In this document: positions 8,181 through 19,260 of the stretch, piece by piece
Numbering within the stretch: the stretch's first letter is position 1
How the letters are laid out: each line of letters opens with the position of its first letter
Assembly: GCA_027083815.1 (NCBI GenBank)
Contig: JALWMR010000038.1
Span: 1,898-65,897 of the forward strand
From: Thiotrichaceae bacterium
Lineage (GTDB): Bacteria; Pseudomonadota; Gammaproteobacteria; Thiotrichales; Thiotrichaceae
Direction of reading: 5' to 3'
Length of the DNA: 64,000 nucleotides
Program-made: the position numbers and the translations under genes
The notes under the pieces: model-generated
Database searches by the model: none
Seen by the model: the letters and a program-made list of their open reading frames with translations, nothing else
Told to the model about the DNA's origin: nothing

Positions 8181-9736
8181 TGTTTGTTTTTATCAGTGCC
8201 TTGCTGGGAAGTATTTTATTTTCTTTTTTTGTCGAGCGATTTGTAAAACCTGCTCCCCCGCAGCATTGTGTAAAATGCATTATTCTGCAAAGCCTGATTA
8301 TCTCACAATGCTATTTATTGTTAAGCTTAATCGTGCAGCGACCCATTTTTTCAGCATTGGCCATTAGTATTTTTTTGATTATTGTAGTTGCTGTCAATAA
8401 CGCCAAATACAAGGCGCTTAAAGAACCACTGGTATTTTCTGATTTTGCCATGTTTTCACAGGCATTCAAGCACCCGCGCCTGTATTTTCCTTTTCTTGGG
8501 ATGGCACCAGTGATTATTGCGCCCGTTTTAATTATTGGATTGATTATTTTGGTGATAAAACTGGAGCCTGCGCTGCCTTTTGTCTGGCAACGCTTTGTAG
8601 CTACGCTAATTGCGTCTATTTTATTGTTTATAATCATTAAACGTATCGCCCTAAGCCTTGTTATAACCGGTGAACCTGAGAAGGACAATCAAAAACTGGG
8701 GCTTATCAACAGTTTAATCGCTTATTTATTACAGGCCAGTAGGCCAGCACATAAAACAGCACTAAAAGAAGCACTTAATAGCTCTTTTTTTAATGATGGT
8801 GAAGCTAATGATACTCATAAAAGTACACCCCCCCACTTTTTTGCCCTTTTCTCCCAAAAAGAGCAAAACCACAAACCCAATATCACGGTGATACAAAGTG
8901 AATCCTTTTTTGATGCGCGGCGTTTGCACCCCAATATAAAAACCGATTTATTAAGCCACTACGATCGAATAAAAAACGAGTCTATCCTGCATGGCGAGCT
9001 TGAAGTACCCGCCTGGGGAGCCAATACCATGCGAAGCGAGTTTTCCTTCTTAACAGGGCTACCCTCAGATCAATTAGGCCTGTTTCGCTTTTATCCCTAT
9101 CAGTTTTTAAAGGCTCAGAGAATCTTTTCAATTGCCTCTTTTTTAAAAAATCAGGGTTATTATTGCGTGTGTATTCATCCGCACCCGGCATCTTTTTTTG
9201 GACGGGATAAAGTTTTTCCGCAAATGGGTTTTGATGCCTTTATTGATAGTAATGAATTTAAACAGGCAGAAAAATTTGGCCCCTATATTTCGGATAAATC
9301 GGTGACTGAAAAAATACTCGAAGTCACAAAGCAACACATCGATAAACCGCTTTTTATCTTTGCCATTACCATGGAAAATCATGGTCCTTTACATCTTGAA
9401 AAAACACAAGCTGAAGAGCTTAAACAGTTTTACACTAAGCCAATCAACACGGATGCAGACCTGAATGATTTAAGTATTTATCTGCGCCACTTAAGAAATG
9501 CTGATTTAATGATTGAAACATTGACTAACTACTATCGCCAATCAAGCACAGAAACACGCTTGTGCTTTTATGGCGACCATATCCCCAGTCTGCCGGGCAT
9601 CTATCAAATCATGGACTACCGGAATCCTAATTCTGATTATTTTATCTGGTCATCAAAGAACCGATCCACAAAAGACACCGCGAAGAGTTTACCTATTGAA
9701 AATCTGGCACTTGAACTATTATCTAAATCTGTCTGA
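8180..9736 (+). CDS. membrane-anchored sulfatase / LTA-synthase-family (alkaline-phosphatase superfamily) protein
   Basis: The N-terminal 170 aa or so form multiple TM helices. The C-terminal domain has QSESFFD, MENHGP and YGDHIP motifs typical of phosphoglycerol/phosphoethanolamine-transferase-like sulfatase folds. The start overlaps the previous stop (TAATG). The linker contains a copy of the C7-core repeat. Confidence 0.65.
   Translation: MFVFISALLGSILFSFFVERFVKPAPPQHCVKCIILQSLIISQCYLLLSLIVQRPIFSALAISIFLIIVVAVNNAKYKALKEPLVFSDFAMFSQAFKHPRLYFPFLGMAPVIIAPVLIIGLIILVIKLEPALPFVWQRFVATLIASILLFIIIKRIALSLVITGEPEKDNQKLGLINSLIAYLLQASRPAHKTALKEALNSSFFNDGEANDTHKSTPPHFFALFSQKEQNHKPNITVIQSESFFDARRLHPNIKTDLLSHYDRIKNESILHGELEVPAWGANTMRSEFSFLTGLPSDQLGLFRFYPYQFLKAQRIFSIASFLKNQGYYCVCIHPHPASFFGRDKVFPQMGFDAFIDSNEFKQAEKFGPYISDKSVTEKILEVTKQHIDKPLFIFAITMENHGPLHLEKTQAEELKQFYTKPINTDADLNDLSIYLRHLRNADLMIETLTNYYRQSSTETRLCFYGDHIPSLPGIYQIMDYRNPNSDYFIWSSKNRSTKDTAKSLPIENLALELLSKSV
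8819..8853 (+). repeat. C-core repeat, short form (copy 2), inside CDS 8180-9736
   Basis: AAAAGTACACCCCCCCACTTTTTTGCCCTTTTCTC, translated in frame as KSTPPHFFALFS. Confidence 0.9.
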
Positions 9737-9790
9737 TTAGTTGATGTACTAGCAAGTGCAAAGTTTTATAAAATTCAGTATGCTACACCA

Positions 9791-10192
9791 ATGGATAAGA
9801 TAGATATCAAAGAAGCTGGTTTAAAAGTCACCCAACCACGACTAAAGATACTGCATATACTGGAAACTTCCAGCCAAAAGCATTTTAGTGCCGAAGAACT
9901 GTTTCATATTTTAAGCAAGGAATCAGCAGGCATCGGGCTGGCAACTATCTACCGTGTATTAACCCAGTTTGAGACAGCAGGGCTGGTTATCCGGCATAAC
10001 TTTGAGGGTGGTCAGGCAGTATTTGAACTCGATCAGGGTGAACATCATGACCATATTGTCGATATGAAAACGGGCACCATTATTGAGTTTCATGATGAAA
10101 TTATTGAGAAACGTCAGATTGAAATCGCCAGAGAACATGGCTATCGGCTAGTAGATCATAGCCTGATTTTATATGCCGAGCCGGAAGAATAA
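9791..10192 (+). CDS. fur: ferric uptake regulator
   Basis: LKVTQPRLKILHILE...ATIYRVLTQFETAGLV...HHDHIV...H pattern of Fur. Confidence 0.9.
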   Translation: MDKIDIKEAGLKVTQPRLKILHILETSSQKHFSAEELFHILSKESAGIGLATIYRVLTQFETAGLVIRHNFEGGQAVFELDQGEHHDHIVDMKTGTIIEFHDEIIEKRQIEIAREHGYRLVDHSLILYAEPEE

Positions 10193-10201
10193 ATCCGGCT
10201 C
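10178..10201. terminator. hairpin between convergent fur and lolA
   Basis: GAGCCGGA-AGAATAAA-TCCGGCTC, an 8-bp stem overlapping the fur stop codon. No clear T-tract. Confidence 0.4.
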
Positions 10202-10218
10202 TGGCTAATAATTGACGT

Positions 10219-10863
10219 CTAAATGGCCTTTCCTACGACATCGACACCGGCCGGTATCCTAAAGTAAAAAAGATCACCTTTAATTGGCACATTAGTGCGC
10301 GCATTCAACTGAATTACGGTCTTTTGTCCCAGTTGGTCATACATATTCATTTGGCGCATGGATTTTTTACCCATGCCAACTTCGATGTATTTAAAATCTT
10401 TGCTGGGTCGGCGTGGTGTTAACTTAAACCAGTCCAAACCAGCTGCTTTTGCAGGCAAAGCTTGCACCACAAACTGTGCATCGGGTGATTGCTTTCGGGT
10501 TAGTATGGCAATCGGCGCACTCGCCATGGCACGACGCATGGGTTTAATAGTGACCTGTTCCAGATCTTCATCGTAGACCCAGACATTTTTGCCATCGCCT
10601 ACAATAATTTGCGGATCAGGTGTTTTATAAACCCAACGAAACTTACCCGGCCGGGATAAATAAAGAATTCCGGTAGAACTCTGAATTCTTTTTCCCTTTT
10701 TTGAATAGACTTGCTGATTAAAGCTACCTTGCAAACTATTCACCGACGTAAAAAAAGTGTTTAAGCGCGCACGTGCCGCATCCGGCGCGGCATAACTGCT
10801 TATGCTAACTGCCGATAATAGTAGTGCGCTGGATAAATTTGCCAATAAACCTGCTTTTTTCAT
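10219..10863 (-). CDS. lolA: outer-membrane lipoprotein carrier protein
   Basis: Signal peptide. FxQ...GxLxLxRPGKFRW...DGKxVWxYDxDLEQV is the LolA pattern. The position downstream of ftsK is conserved. Confidence 0.85.
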   Translation of the reverse strand: MKKAGLLANLSSALLLSAVSISSYAAPDAARARLNTFFTSVNSLQGSFNQQVYSKKGKRIQSSTGILYLSRPGKFRWVYKTPDPQIIVGDGKNVWVYDEDLEQVTIKPMRRAMASAPIAILTRKQSPDAQFVVQALPAKAAGLDWFKLTPRRPSKDFKYIEVGMGKKSMRQMNMYDQLGQKTVIQLNARTNVPIKGDLFYFRIPAGVDVVGKAI

Positions 10864-10876
10864 AATTGAACCTACG

Positions 10877-13546
10877 TTAGTCTTTTGGAGGTTCAGGTGC
10901 TAGCACCTCACGTGTGCCATTTGATTGCACTGCACTCACTACACCTGCTTTCTCCATATCTTCGATCATAGATGCGGCGCGATTGTACCCGACTTTAAGT
11001 CGTCGTTGCACATAAGAGATTGAAGCACGGCGTGACTCTGTGACGATTTGTACCGCTGTATCATAAAGGACGTCGCCTTCTGAATCAGCCAAAGGCTCCA
11101 AGCCCGGAATCGCATCAGATGATCCCGTCTCTTGTGTGACCTCTGTTAAGTACTCAGGTTCCCCTTGCAGTTTTAAATAATTAACTACTTCCTCCACTTC
11201 ACTATCGGCAACAAAGGCACCATGTACGCGTTGTGGCAAGCCTGTACCTGGTGGTAAATAAAGCATATCGCCGTGTCCCAGCAAGTTTTCAGCACCACCT
11301 TGATCAAGTATGGTGCGAGAATCAATCTTGGTTGAAACCTGAAATGCGATACGGGTGGGTATATTGGCTTTAATTAATCCGGTAATTACATCGACAGAAG
11401 GTCGCTGGGTAGCCAGAATCAGGTGAATTCCGGCGGCACGTGCTTTTTGCGCCAAACGGGCAATCAGCTCTTCTACTTTTTTGCCAACAACCATCATCAT
11501 ATCGGCAAATTCATCAATAACGATAACGATGTACGGTAATGGTTCTAAAATACTGGGACGCACATCCAGTGATGAAGTCGGGTCAAAGGTTGGGTCTACT
11601 ATTGGCTGGCCTTTTGCTATCGCTTCTTTAACCTTTTCATTATATCCCGCGATATTGCGAACCTTCATATGCGACATCAAGGCATAGCGTCTTTCCATCT
11701 CGCCCACCGCCCAACGCAACCCATTGGCAGCATCTTTCATATCGGTTACAACAGGCGTAAGCAGGTGCGGAATACCTTCATAAATGCTCAATTCAAGCAT
11801 TTTTGGATCAATTAGAATTAGCTTAACCTCTTCAGGTGTTGCCTTGTAAAGCAGGCTAATCAGCATGGCATTAACACCTACTGATTTACCTGAACCGGTG
11901 GTTCCGGCGATTAACAAGTGTGGCATACGACCCAGGTCAGCAACGGCAGGGTTACCCGAAATCGTTTTACCCAGAACCATGGTTAAGGGTGAGGTAGATT
12001 CCCTAAAGGCTCTAGAATCAAGTATCTCGCTAATGGATACTAAATCACGTTTATCATTCGGTACTTCAACGCCAATAGTTGTTTTACCAGGAATAACTTC
12101 AACAATGCGGATAGCAGACACACACATGCTACGAGCCATATCCTGTGCCAGGCCACTAATTTTACTGACCTTGGTTCCCGGTGGTAGCAATAGTTCAAAA
12201 CGGGTAATAATCGGGCCTGGATAATAGCTGTCTATCTGTACTCCACGTACACCAAAGTGCTCTAATGTTTCAACAATATTTCTGGCATGTACCTCAAGCT
12301 GTTCCTTTGAAAAATGCCCCTGATTAACGGGTGGAGGATTTAACAAACTAACTGGCGGTAAAGTAATGGCCTTATCCAGTGAAACAGTTGGTGCAGTGGC
12401 TGGTTGTTTGGTGTTGCTAGTGCTGGATTTGGCTGTCGCTTTCTTTCTACCTTGCTGTTGTCCCGGCTTTGATGACTTTTTGGCCGGTCGCTTAGAAGTT
12501 ATAACATCATCAAGTCCATTGACTGGAATATTTTGTTCCTCATAAGATACCTCATCTGCAACTAAGGATCCACGATTGTGGTCCGTTGTAACATCACTCA
12601 TATAATCGGGCACACCCAATACCGGCTCCTGGCGTGTCACATTGGTATCAGGCTGTGTTTCAGATGAAAAGCCTATTAAAGGATCCATCAAAGGGTCATG
12701 CAACGGTTTAAAACTTTCTTCTGCAGTGGACTTCTTCCACATAAGAAGTCCAGACAAACCAGCTGTTACTGCTCCGAGCATCGAGCCTGAGGAGCCGTTA
12801 CTACTTTGATGCTGATTGTTATCAGGTAATTCTGGTGCTGCGCTTGATGTAACACCAGCACCCTCATAAGATTCCTTTGGCATTGAGCTGGCAGAGCCAA
12901 ACAGTTCAATCGTTGAGAGAATTGTTTCACCAATTTTGTCTATCAATTTAAGCCATTGAATGTCGGCAAACAGGGTAATGCCCGCAATAAAGGCAGAAAA
13001 CAGGATCATGGTCGCGCCAATATCACCAAATAGTTTGACAAAACTTTTGGCAATGCCAAGCCCTAGTAAACCACCCGCCCGATAAACCAGAGAGCTTTCG
13101 GGCCATAATAATGTTGCTAATCCACAACCAGCAATCAACGCAAGAAAAACACCAAATACGGTAATACCCAGATTGATTCCATTGTTTTTATCTTTGCCTG
13201 AACGAAATAATAAAAAAGCAGATACCAGAAATATAATAGGTATCAAATAAGCAATATATCCGAGAAAACCAAACAGCACATCAGCCAGATAAGCACCTGC
13301 ACTCCCCGCCTTGTTTTGTATCACCGCGTTATTGTCGTGATGAAACAAGCCAGGATCAGCCGGGTTGTACGTTAGCAGCGCCAGCAATACCACTGCAGTA
13401 ATACACGACAGTATAAAAATACTGGTCTGTTTTAGACTGCCTTTCTTTTGCGAGTTTAAGGCGACTTTTTCAACCTGGGTTGATGAAGTAGATGATTTAA
13501 CCGAAGCAGACTTGCCAGTCTTTCTGGTTTTGTTCGTAGCAGCCAA
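10877..13546 (-). CDS. ftsK: DNA translocase FtsK
   Basis: N-terminal TM helices, a long Pro/Gln/Ser linker, motor domain with GTTGSGKS, and a C-terminal gamma domain ([24 protein letters not shown]). The annotated start is TTG, so the exact start is uncertain. Confidence 0.95.
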   Translation of the reverse strand: MAATNKTRKTGKSASVKSSTSSTQVEKVALNSQKKGSLKQTSIFILSCITAVVLLALLTYNPADPGLFHHDNNAVIQNKAGSAGAYLADVLFGFLGYIAYLIPIIFLVSAFLLFRSGKDKNNGINLGITVFGVFLALIAGCGLATLLWPESSLVYRAGGLLGLGIAKSFVKLFGDIGATMILFSAFIAGITLFADIQWLKLIDKIGETILSTIELFGSASSMPKESYEGAGVTSSAAPELPDNNQHQSSNGSSGSMLGAVTAGLSGLLMWKKSTAEESFKPLHDPLMDPLIGFSSETQPDTNVTRQEPVLGVPDYMSDVTTDHNRGSLVADEVSYEEQNIPVNGLDDVITSKRPAKKSSKPGQQQGRKKATAKSSTSNTKQPATAPTVSLDKAITLPPVSLLNPPPVNQGHFSKEQLEVHARNIVETLEHFGVRGVQIDSYYPGPIITRFELLLPPGTKVSKISGLAQDMARSMCVSAIRIVEVIPGKTTIGVEVPNDKRDLVSISEILDSRAFRESTSPLTMVLGKTISGNPAVADLGRMPHLLIAGTTGSGKSVGVNAMLISLLYKATPEEVKLILIDPKMLELSIYEGIPHLLTPVVTDMKDAANGLRWAVGEMERRYALMSHMKVRNIAGYNEKVKEAIAKGQPIVDPTFDPTSSLDVRPSILEPLPYIVIVIDEFADMMMVVGKKVEELIARLAQKARAAGIHLILATQRPSVDVITGLIKANIPTRIAFQVSTKIDSRTILDQGGAENLLGHGDMLYLPPGTGLPQRVHGAFVADSEVEEVVNYLKLQGEPEYLTEVTQETGSSDAIPGLEPLADSEGDVLYDTAVQIVTESRRASISYVQRRLKVGYNRAASMIEDMEKAGVVSAVQSNGTREVLAPEPPKD

Positions 13547-13850
13547 TGTAATTCCCCTTTCCTTTTGGGTGATTCACGACACAACCCTTTGACCATGCTC
13601 TGTGGCCTCTGTGGTATAGTAACCTCGCATCATAGCTAGCCCAGCCAGACAGCGTAGTTACATAAGTTGCAGTAGTGATATCTATCCTTGAGAAAATAAA
13701 TTATTTATTAATAATATTAATTTTTGTATAAGCCCTTATACAGTCATGAGTATACCGCTTTTTAGCAGAATAATGCAATATACTTACTCGTTAAGCTTTA
13801 CCTTAGACACAACATTATTTAGCATGTGTTAATTGCTTATAACGCTATAA

Positions 13851-14834
<984 letters not shown>

Positions 14835-14849
14835 ACTATATTAATAGAC

Positions 14850-15608
14850 ATGACTCAGGCCAAATCCTCACTAATACTATTAGATCCTCATGCTAGTGAT
14901 GAGCCATTTCCCCCGGTGGAAATGGCGTGGGATGAGCCTAATGGCCTGCTCGCTTTTGGTGGCTGCCTCTCCCCTACCCGGCTGATTAATGCCTATAAAT
15001 CGGGTGTCTTCCCCTGGTATAATCCCGATGAACCCATCTATTGGTGGAGCCCTGATCCACGTGCGGTACTTTTCCCCAATAAAATACGCATAAGCCGCAG
15101 CTTGCGTAAATCAATTCGCAATAAAGGCTATACCATTAGCTTTGACCAGGCTTTTAGCGAAGTTGTGAAATCTTGTGCCTCACCCCGCATGGATCATGGT
15201 GGCACATGGATCACCAATGAAATGTTTCTCGCTTATCAGAAGCTACATAAATTAGGCATTGCTCATAGCGTTGAGGTATGGAATAAACAAGGTGAATTAG
15301 TAGGCGGCTTATACGGCGTTGTAACTGGCGGTGTTTTTAGTGGTGAATCTATGTTCAGTAAAGAGCGGGATACATCTAAAATCGCCTTTATTGCGTTAGC
15401 CTGGCACATGCAGCACTGGGGATTTTCGCTGATTGACTGTCAAATCGAGAACTCTCATCTAATGAGCATGGGTGCCGAGAATATTCCACGAAAACAGTAC
15501 TTGAGTATCCTGAAAACCTGCCGTGAATTCAGGCACGATAACTGGGAGTTTGATCCAGATTCTGACTTATCCCACTGGAAGCCAGAACTAAGCCCAAAAC
15601 TAAGCTAA
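14850..15608 (+). CDS. aat: leucyl/phenylalanyl-tRNA--protein transferase
   Basis: GLLAFGG...L..AY..GVFPWY...PIYWWSPDPR...GGLYGV..G..FSGESMFS is the Aat pattern. Confidence 0.9.
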   Translation: MTQAKSSLILLDPHASDEPFPPVEMAWDEPNGLLAFGGCLSPTRLINAYKSGVFPWYNPDEPIYWWSPDPRAVLFPNKIRISRSLRKSIRNKGYTISFDQAFSEVVKSCASPRMDHGGTWITNEMFLAYQKLHKLGIAHSVEVWNKQGELVGGLYGVVTGGVFSGESMFSKERDTSKIAFIALAWHMQHWGFSLIDCQIENSHLMSMGAENIPRKQYLSILKTCREFRHDNWEFDPDSDLSHWKPELSPKLS

Positions 15609-15649
15609 ATTGCCCATTAAGCTTATCAAAAATGTAAAATTTAGACGTA

Positions 15650-15684
15650 TAAAGTACACCCCCCTACTTTTTATGCGTTTTCTC
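15650..15684 (+). repeat. C-core repeat, short form (copy 3), overlapping the tsaB 3-prime end
   Basis: TAAAGTACACCCCCCTACTTTTTATGCGTTTTCTC. Confidence 0.9.
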
Positions 15685-16384
15685 GTTGTTTCGTTTTTAA
15701 GGCCACATTATCACGAATATAAACAGGCTGCGCATCCTCAGGTGCTAGCGTCAATCCTGCTATAAGCTTCGGTAGAGCTAGCTGAGCAATGGCTGCAGCA
15801 CTGGGCAGTTGATCAGGAACAAGCTTGATTTTATCTTTACTCTCTGGGGTAAGTAACTGATCTTTATAAGCTTGCCAGCCTATTCCTGTGGCGATTAGAG
15901 TCTCAGCATTATCAAACTGTTTAAGTTCTTCCAGCATGTGTGCGGGTTTACCAACACGCTCATCGCCAATCCTGTCAAGTAGACCAGCGGCATTTTTTTC
16001 AAAGCTGGCCCAATAGACTTCGCCCATGCGCGCATCCAGTGCAGCAATGACTTTCTGCCCCACTTCAGTCTGATGCTGAATTTGCCAGGCAAGGGCTTCC
16101 AACGTCGATACGGCAATGACTGGCTTATCAATTGACAAGGCCACACCTTGTGCTACACCAGTGGCTATGCGCAAGCCCGTAAAAGCACCTGGGCCACGGC
16201 CAAAGGCTATGGCATCAATATCATTTAATGGGCAATTCGCTTCCGCAAGCAATTCTTCCATCATCGGTAGAATCAATCTGGTGTGTTCACGTGGGGCAAG
16301 CTCGAAACGACTGATTATTTGATCGTCTAAAAGTAAGGCGGCCGAGCAGGCTTCAGTGGATGTTTCAATAGCAAGTATTTTCAT
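15671..16384 (-). CDS. tsaB: tRNA t6A37 biosynthesis protein TsaB
   Basis: MKILAIETSTEACSAAL...AFGRGPGAFTGLRI pattern. The start overlaps the helicase stop (ATGA). The last 4 codons and the stop lie inside a repeat copy. Confidence 0.85.
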   Translation of the reverse strand: MKILAIETSTEACSAALLLDDQIISRFELAPREHTRLILPMMEELLAEANCPLNDIDAIAFGRGPGAFTGLRIATGVAQGVALSIDKPVIAVSTLEALAWQIQHQTEVGQKVIAALDARMGEVYWASFEKNAAGLLDRIGDERVGKPAHMLEELKQFDNAETLIATGIGWQAYKDQLLTPESKDKIKLVPDQLPSAAAIAQLALPKLIAGLTLAPEDAQPVYIRDNVALKTKQRENA

Positions 16385-18348
16385 TTATCTGATTTCTGTT
16401 TTGAGGCTTGTTGCTTATTTTTCAGGATTTCAAAAAAACGTTGTACCACATCCAGTTTGCTGGTTCGCGGCACACGTGGCAGGCTATCTAAAAAGGTTTT
16501 ACCATAGGATTTACTGCGCAAGCGTGGATCACAGATCATTAACACACCTTTATCATTATCATCCCTAATCAAGCGCCCTACTCCCTGTTTAAGTGCAATC
16601 ACCGCTTGTGGCAGCTGATATTCTCCAAAGGGATTACCGCCACTTTCACGGATTGATTTAATGCGCGCTTCCAGCACCGGATCACCCGGTGATGCGAAAG
16701 GTAACTTATCAATAATCACACAGCTAAGGGATTCGCCACGCACATCAACACCCTCCCAAAAACTGCTAGTTCCCATTAATACGGCATTTCCCAGCTTTCT
16801 GAATTGCTTAATCATATCGGCTTGCGAAGAATCGCCCTGAACCAAAATAGGATAATCAATTTCATCTTTTAATAATGCAGCCGCCTCATTAAGGGCACGG
16901 TAGCTGGTAAACAACATAAAGGTTCGCCCTTCACAGGCCTTAATCACCGGCACAGAAGCATCTACTACAGCGGGTACATAATCGGCATGTTGTGGTTCAG
17001 GCATCCCGGGAGGCGCATAGAGCAGTGCGTTGTGCCAATAATCAAAAGGGCTATCAAGTAATAACTCTTTGGGCGCCTCCATACCAATACGACAGGTAAA
17101 ATGGTCGAAAGACTGCCCAACGGCTAGCGTTGCCGAGGTTAATACCCAGGCACAGGGCCAGCTTTCAAGGTGTTTTTTAAAGGGTTCTGAAATATCCAGA
17201 GGTGTTGATACCAGTGAAAAAGACTGGGTATAGGTTTCATACCACTGAACCGTGCCATTTTTTGGATTATTAAAGTTATTGAGCTTTTGGCTTTGTAATT
17301 GCATACGCTCATAACAGGATTCCAGACCCTTACCACGCTCTGAAGCAATATTAAGATGAACCAATAAGTCATCCATAATCTTTTCGAGGTTTTGTATCTC
17401 ATTCTTAATAGCCGGTTTTGATTTAACCTTATGCCAGGGCTCACGTAAGCCCGGCTTATCCAGCGTTAGACGTAAATCTTTAATACATTTTTCAAATATG
17501 CCCAGCAGTTTGCGCAAATCAGGCATATCAGCAGCATCTGCCAACGCCTCTACCTCAGTATCCCGCGCTAATTCAAGCAGTTGACGCGAACTTAGCGTTT
17601 CACTAAAAAAGGTCGATGCAATTTCAGGCAGTTGGTGCGCTTCATCCAGAATCACCGCATTGGCACTGGGCAAAAGCTCACCAAAGCCTTCTTCTTTTAA
17701 GGCCAGGTCGGCAAAAAAGAGATGATGGTTGACCACCACAACATCAGCTTCTTGCGCCTCACGGCGGGCTTTGGCTACAAAACAGGTATCATATTCAGGG
17801 CATTCAGAACCCAGACAATTATCGGCGGTAGAGGTAACATGTTGCCAGATTTCGGCATCGCGGGGCACATTATTAAGCTCGGAGATATCACCCGCATAAG
17901 TCAGTGTTTCCCAATCAGCGATACGTTGTAGATAAGTCAGTGAACGCCGGTCATCAAACCGTCCTTCCGATTGAGCGCGGTGCAAGCGGTAGGTGCAAAG
18001 ATAATTGGCACGCCCTTTTAACAAGGCAATCTGTGTATCTGTTTTGAGAGCATCTCTGACCAGCGGCAGGTCTTTTGCAAACAGCTGATCTTGCAAGGTT
18101 TTGGTTCCGGTAGAGACAATAACCCGTCCTCCCGAAGCCAGTGCAGGAACCAGATAGGCAAAGGTTTTCCCCACACCGGTGCCTGCTTCAATGACGGCTG
18201 CAGAGTGATTGCTTAAAGCCTCACCTACGGCATAGAGCATCTCCTGTTGTTGCTGCCTGACTTGAAAGCCTGATATGGCCTGCGCCAATGGGCCATCTTC
18301 GCTTAATAAGCCTTGCCAGTCATTATGAGAGCTAAAATTGTTATCCAT
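16381..18348 (-). CDS. ATP-dependent DNA helicase, DinG/YoaA (XPD-like, Fe-S) family
   Basis: Walker A AGTGVGKT, DEAH box (ILDEAHQL), and Cys cluster C..C(LGSEC)PEYDTC typical of the Fe-S domain. The 655 aa length fits a YoaA-like protein. Confidence 0.85.
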   Translation of the reverse strand: MDNNFSSHNDWQGLLSEDGPLAQAISGFQVRQQQQEMLYAVGEALSNHSAAVIEAGTGVGKTFAYLVPALASGGRVIVSTGTKTLQDQLFAKDLPLVRDALKTDTQIALLKGRANYLCTYRLHRAQSEGRFDDRRSLTYLQRIADWETLTYAGDISELNNVPRDAEIWQHVTSTADNCLGSECPEYDTCFVAKARREAQEADVVVVNHHLFFADLALKEEGFGELLPSANAVILDEAHQLPEIASTFFSETLSSRQLLELARDTEVEALADAADMPDLRKLLGIFEKCIKDLRLTLDKPGLREPWHKVKSKPAIKNEIQNLEKIMDDLLVHLNIASERGKGLESCYERMQLQSQKLNNFNNPKNGTVQWYETYTQSFSLVSTPLDISEPFKKHLESWPCAWVLTSATLAVGQSFDHFTCRIGMEAPKELLLDSPFDYWHNALLYAPPGMPEPQHADYVPAVVDASVPVIKACEGRTFMLFTSYRALNEAAALLKDEIDYPILVQGDSSQADMIKQFRKLGNAVLMGTSSFWEGVDVRGESLSCVIIDKLPFASPGDPVLEARIKSIRESGGNPFGEYQLPQAVIALKQGVGRLIRDDNDKGVLMICDPRLRSKSYGKTFLDSLPRVPRTSKLDVVQRFFEILKNKQQASKQKSDK

Positions 18349-18392
18349 TAATCTATTATTTCACAAGGCAACAAAAAAAATGAGCCGCATCA

Positions 18393-18428
18393 GGAGAAAA
18401 AGGCAAAAAAGGTGGGGGGTGTACTTTT
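18393..18428 (-). repeat. C-core repeat, short form (copy 4)
   Basis: Top strand GGAGAAAAAGGCAAAAAAGGTGGGGGGTGTACTTTT. Confidence 0.9.
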
Positions 18429-18453
18429 TTAGATATAAATTGAAACAAAGTCC

Positions 18454-19254
18454 CTATGGATTAAGCTTAAAGTAGTTTAAAGCTTCTTTAACAACGACTG
18501 TATCACCTGAGCGTTCTCCAGCTTTTTTAACTAATGCCCAGTTTTTGGCAATCAAATCCGAATCACTTGAGTAACGTATTGATTTTTTGGCCATTGTGAT
18601 GGCTTGTTGATAACTAGACTGGTCATAATGTGCCTGTGCTAACAAGTGCCATAGTTCGGGGTTTTGCGCTTCTATTCGCAAGCCTCGTTCGAGACTACTT
18701 ATAGCGGATTGTGAGTTACCAATGGCAAGATCGGCTCGTGCCTTGATCATTAGTGTCTTGATTGCGGGTGAAGTAACGTGTTGTTTGGCTTTAGGTGTTT
18801 TAACGGTTGATATAATCGTGCCGCTTTTGACTGCCCCTTCTGGAACAGATGCATAAGGGTCAATATCAACGGTTGCTTCTTTTTGCGCTCTTTGTATCAG
18901 CTCTTCTTTGGATAATACTGCAGCAACTTCTTTTTGCGTGATAACCGGTTCAGCCGGTTTATCTACCGAATATTTTTTAACCTGTGGCTGATAGCCCCGA
19001 GATTTTATAGCCGTGTTTCTCTTTCCCACCTTTCCAGCAGATGGTGTCTGGCTGCGAATAACCGGACGTGATATTTCAGGAATAGCCGGAATACTACGCG
19101 CCTGTCGATCACTCACGCCATAGCCACTTGAACAACCACCAAGAATCACACTAGACGCTAGCAGAATACCAAATAATAACTGAGACAAAAACAGAGCTTC
19201 CTTATTCTTGCTGATTATTCTACTTTCCATAAATGAATCTAATTTTTGTTGCAT
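18454..19254 (-). CDS. TPR lipoprotein encoded immediately downstream of mrcB (LpoP-like candidate PBP1B activator)
   Basis: Lipobox ILGGC, a long low-complexity linker, and a C-terminal TPR-like helical repeat region (AIGNSQSAISSLERGLRIEAQNPELWHLLAQAHYDQSSYQQAI). It starts 6 nt after the mrcB stop. Confidence 0.55.
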   Translation of the reverse strand: MQQKLDSFMESRIISKNKEALFLSQLLFGILLASSVILGGCSSGYGVSDRQARSIPAIPEISRPVIRSQTPSAGKVGKRNTAIKSRGYQPQVKKYSVDKPAEPVITQKEVAAVLSKEELIQRAQKEATVDIDPYASVPEGAVKSGTIISTVKTPKAKQHVTSPAIKTLMIKARADLAIGNSQSAISSLERGLRIEAQNPELWHLLAQAHYDQSSYQQAITMAKKSIRYSSDSDLIAKNWALVKKAGERSGDTVVVKEALNYFKLNP

Positions 19255-19260
19255 CTGATT

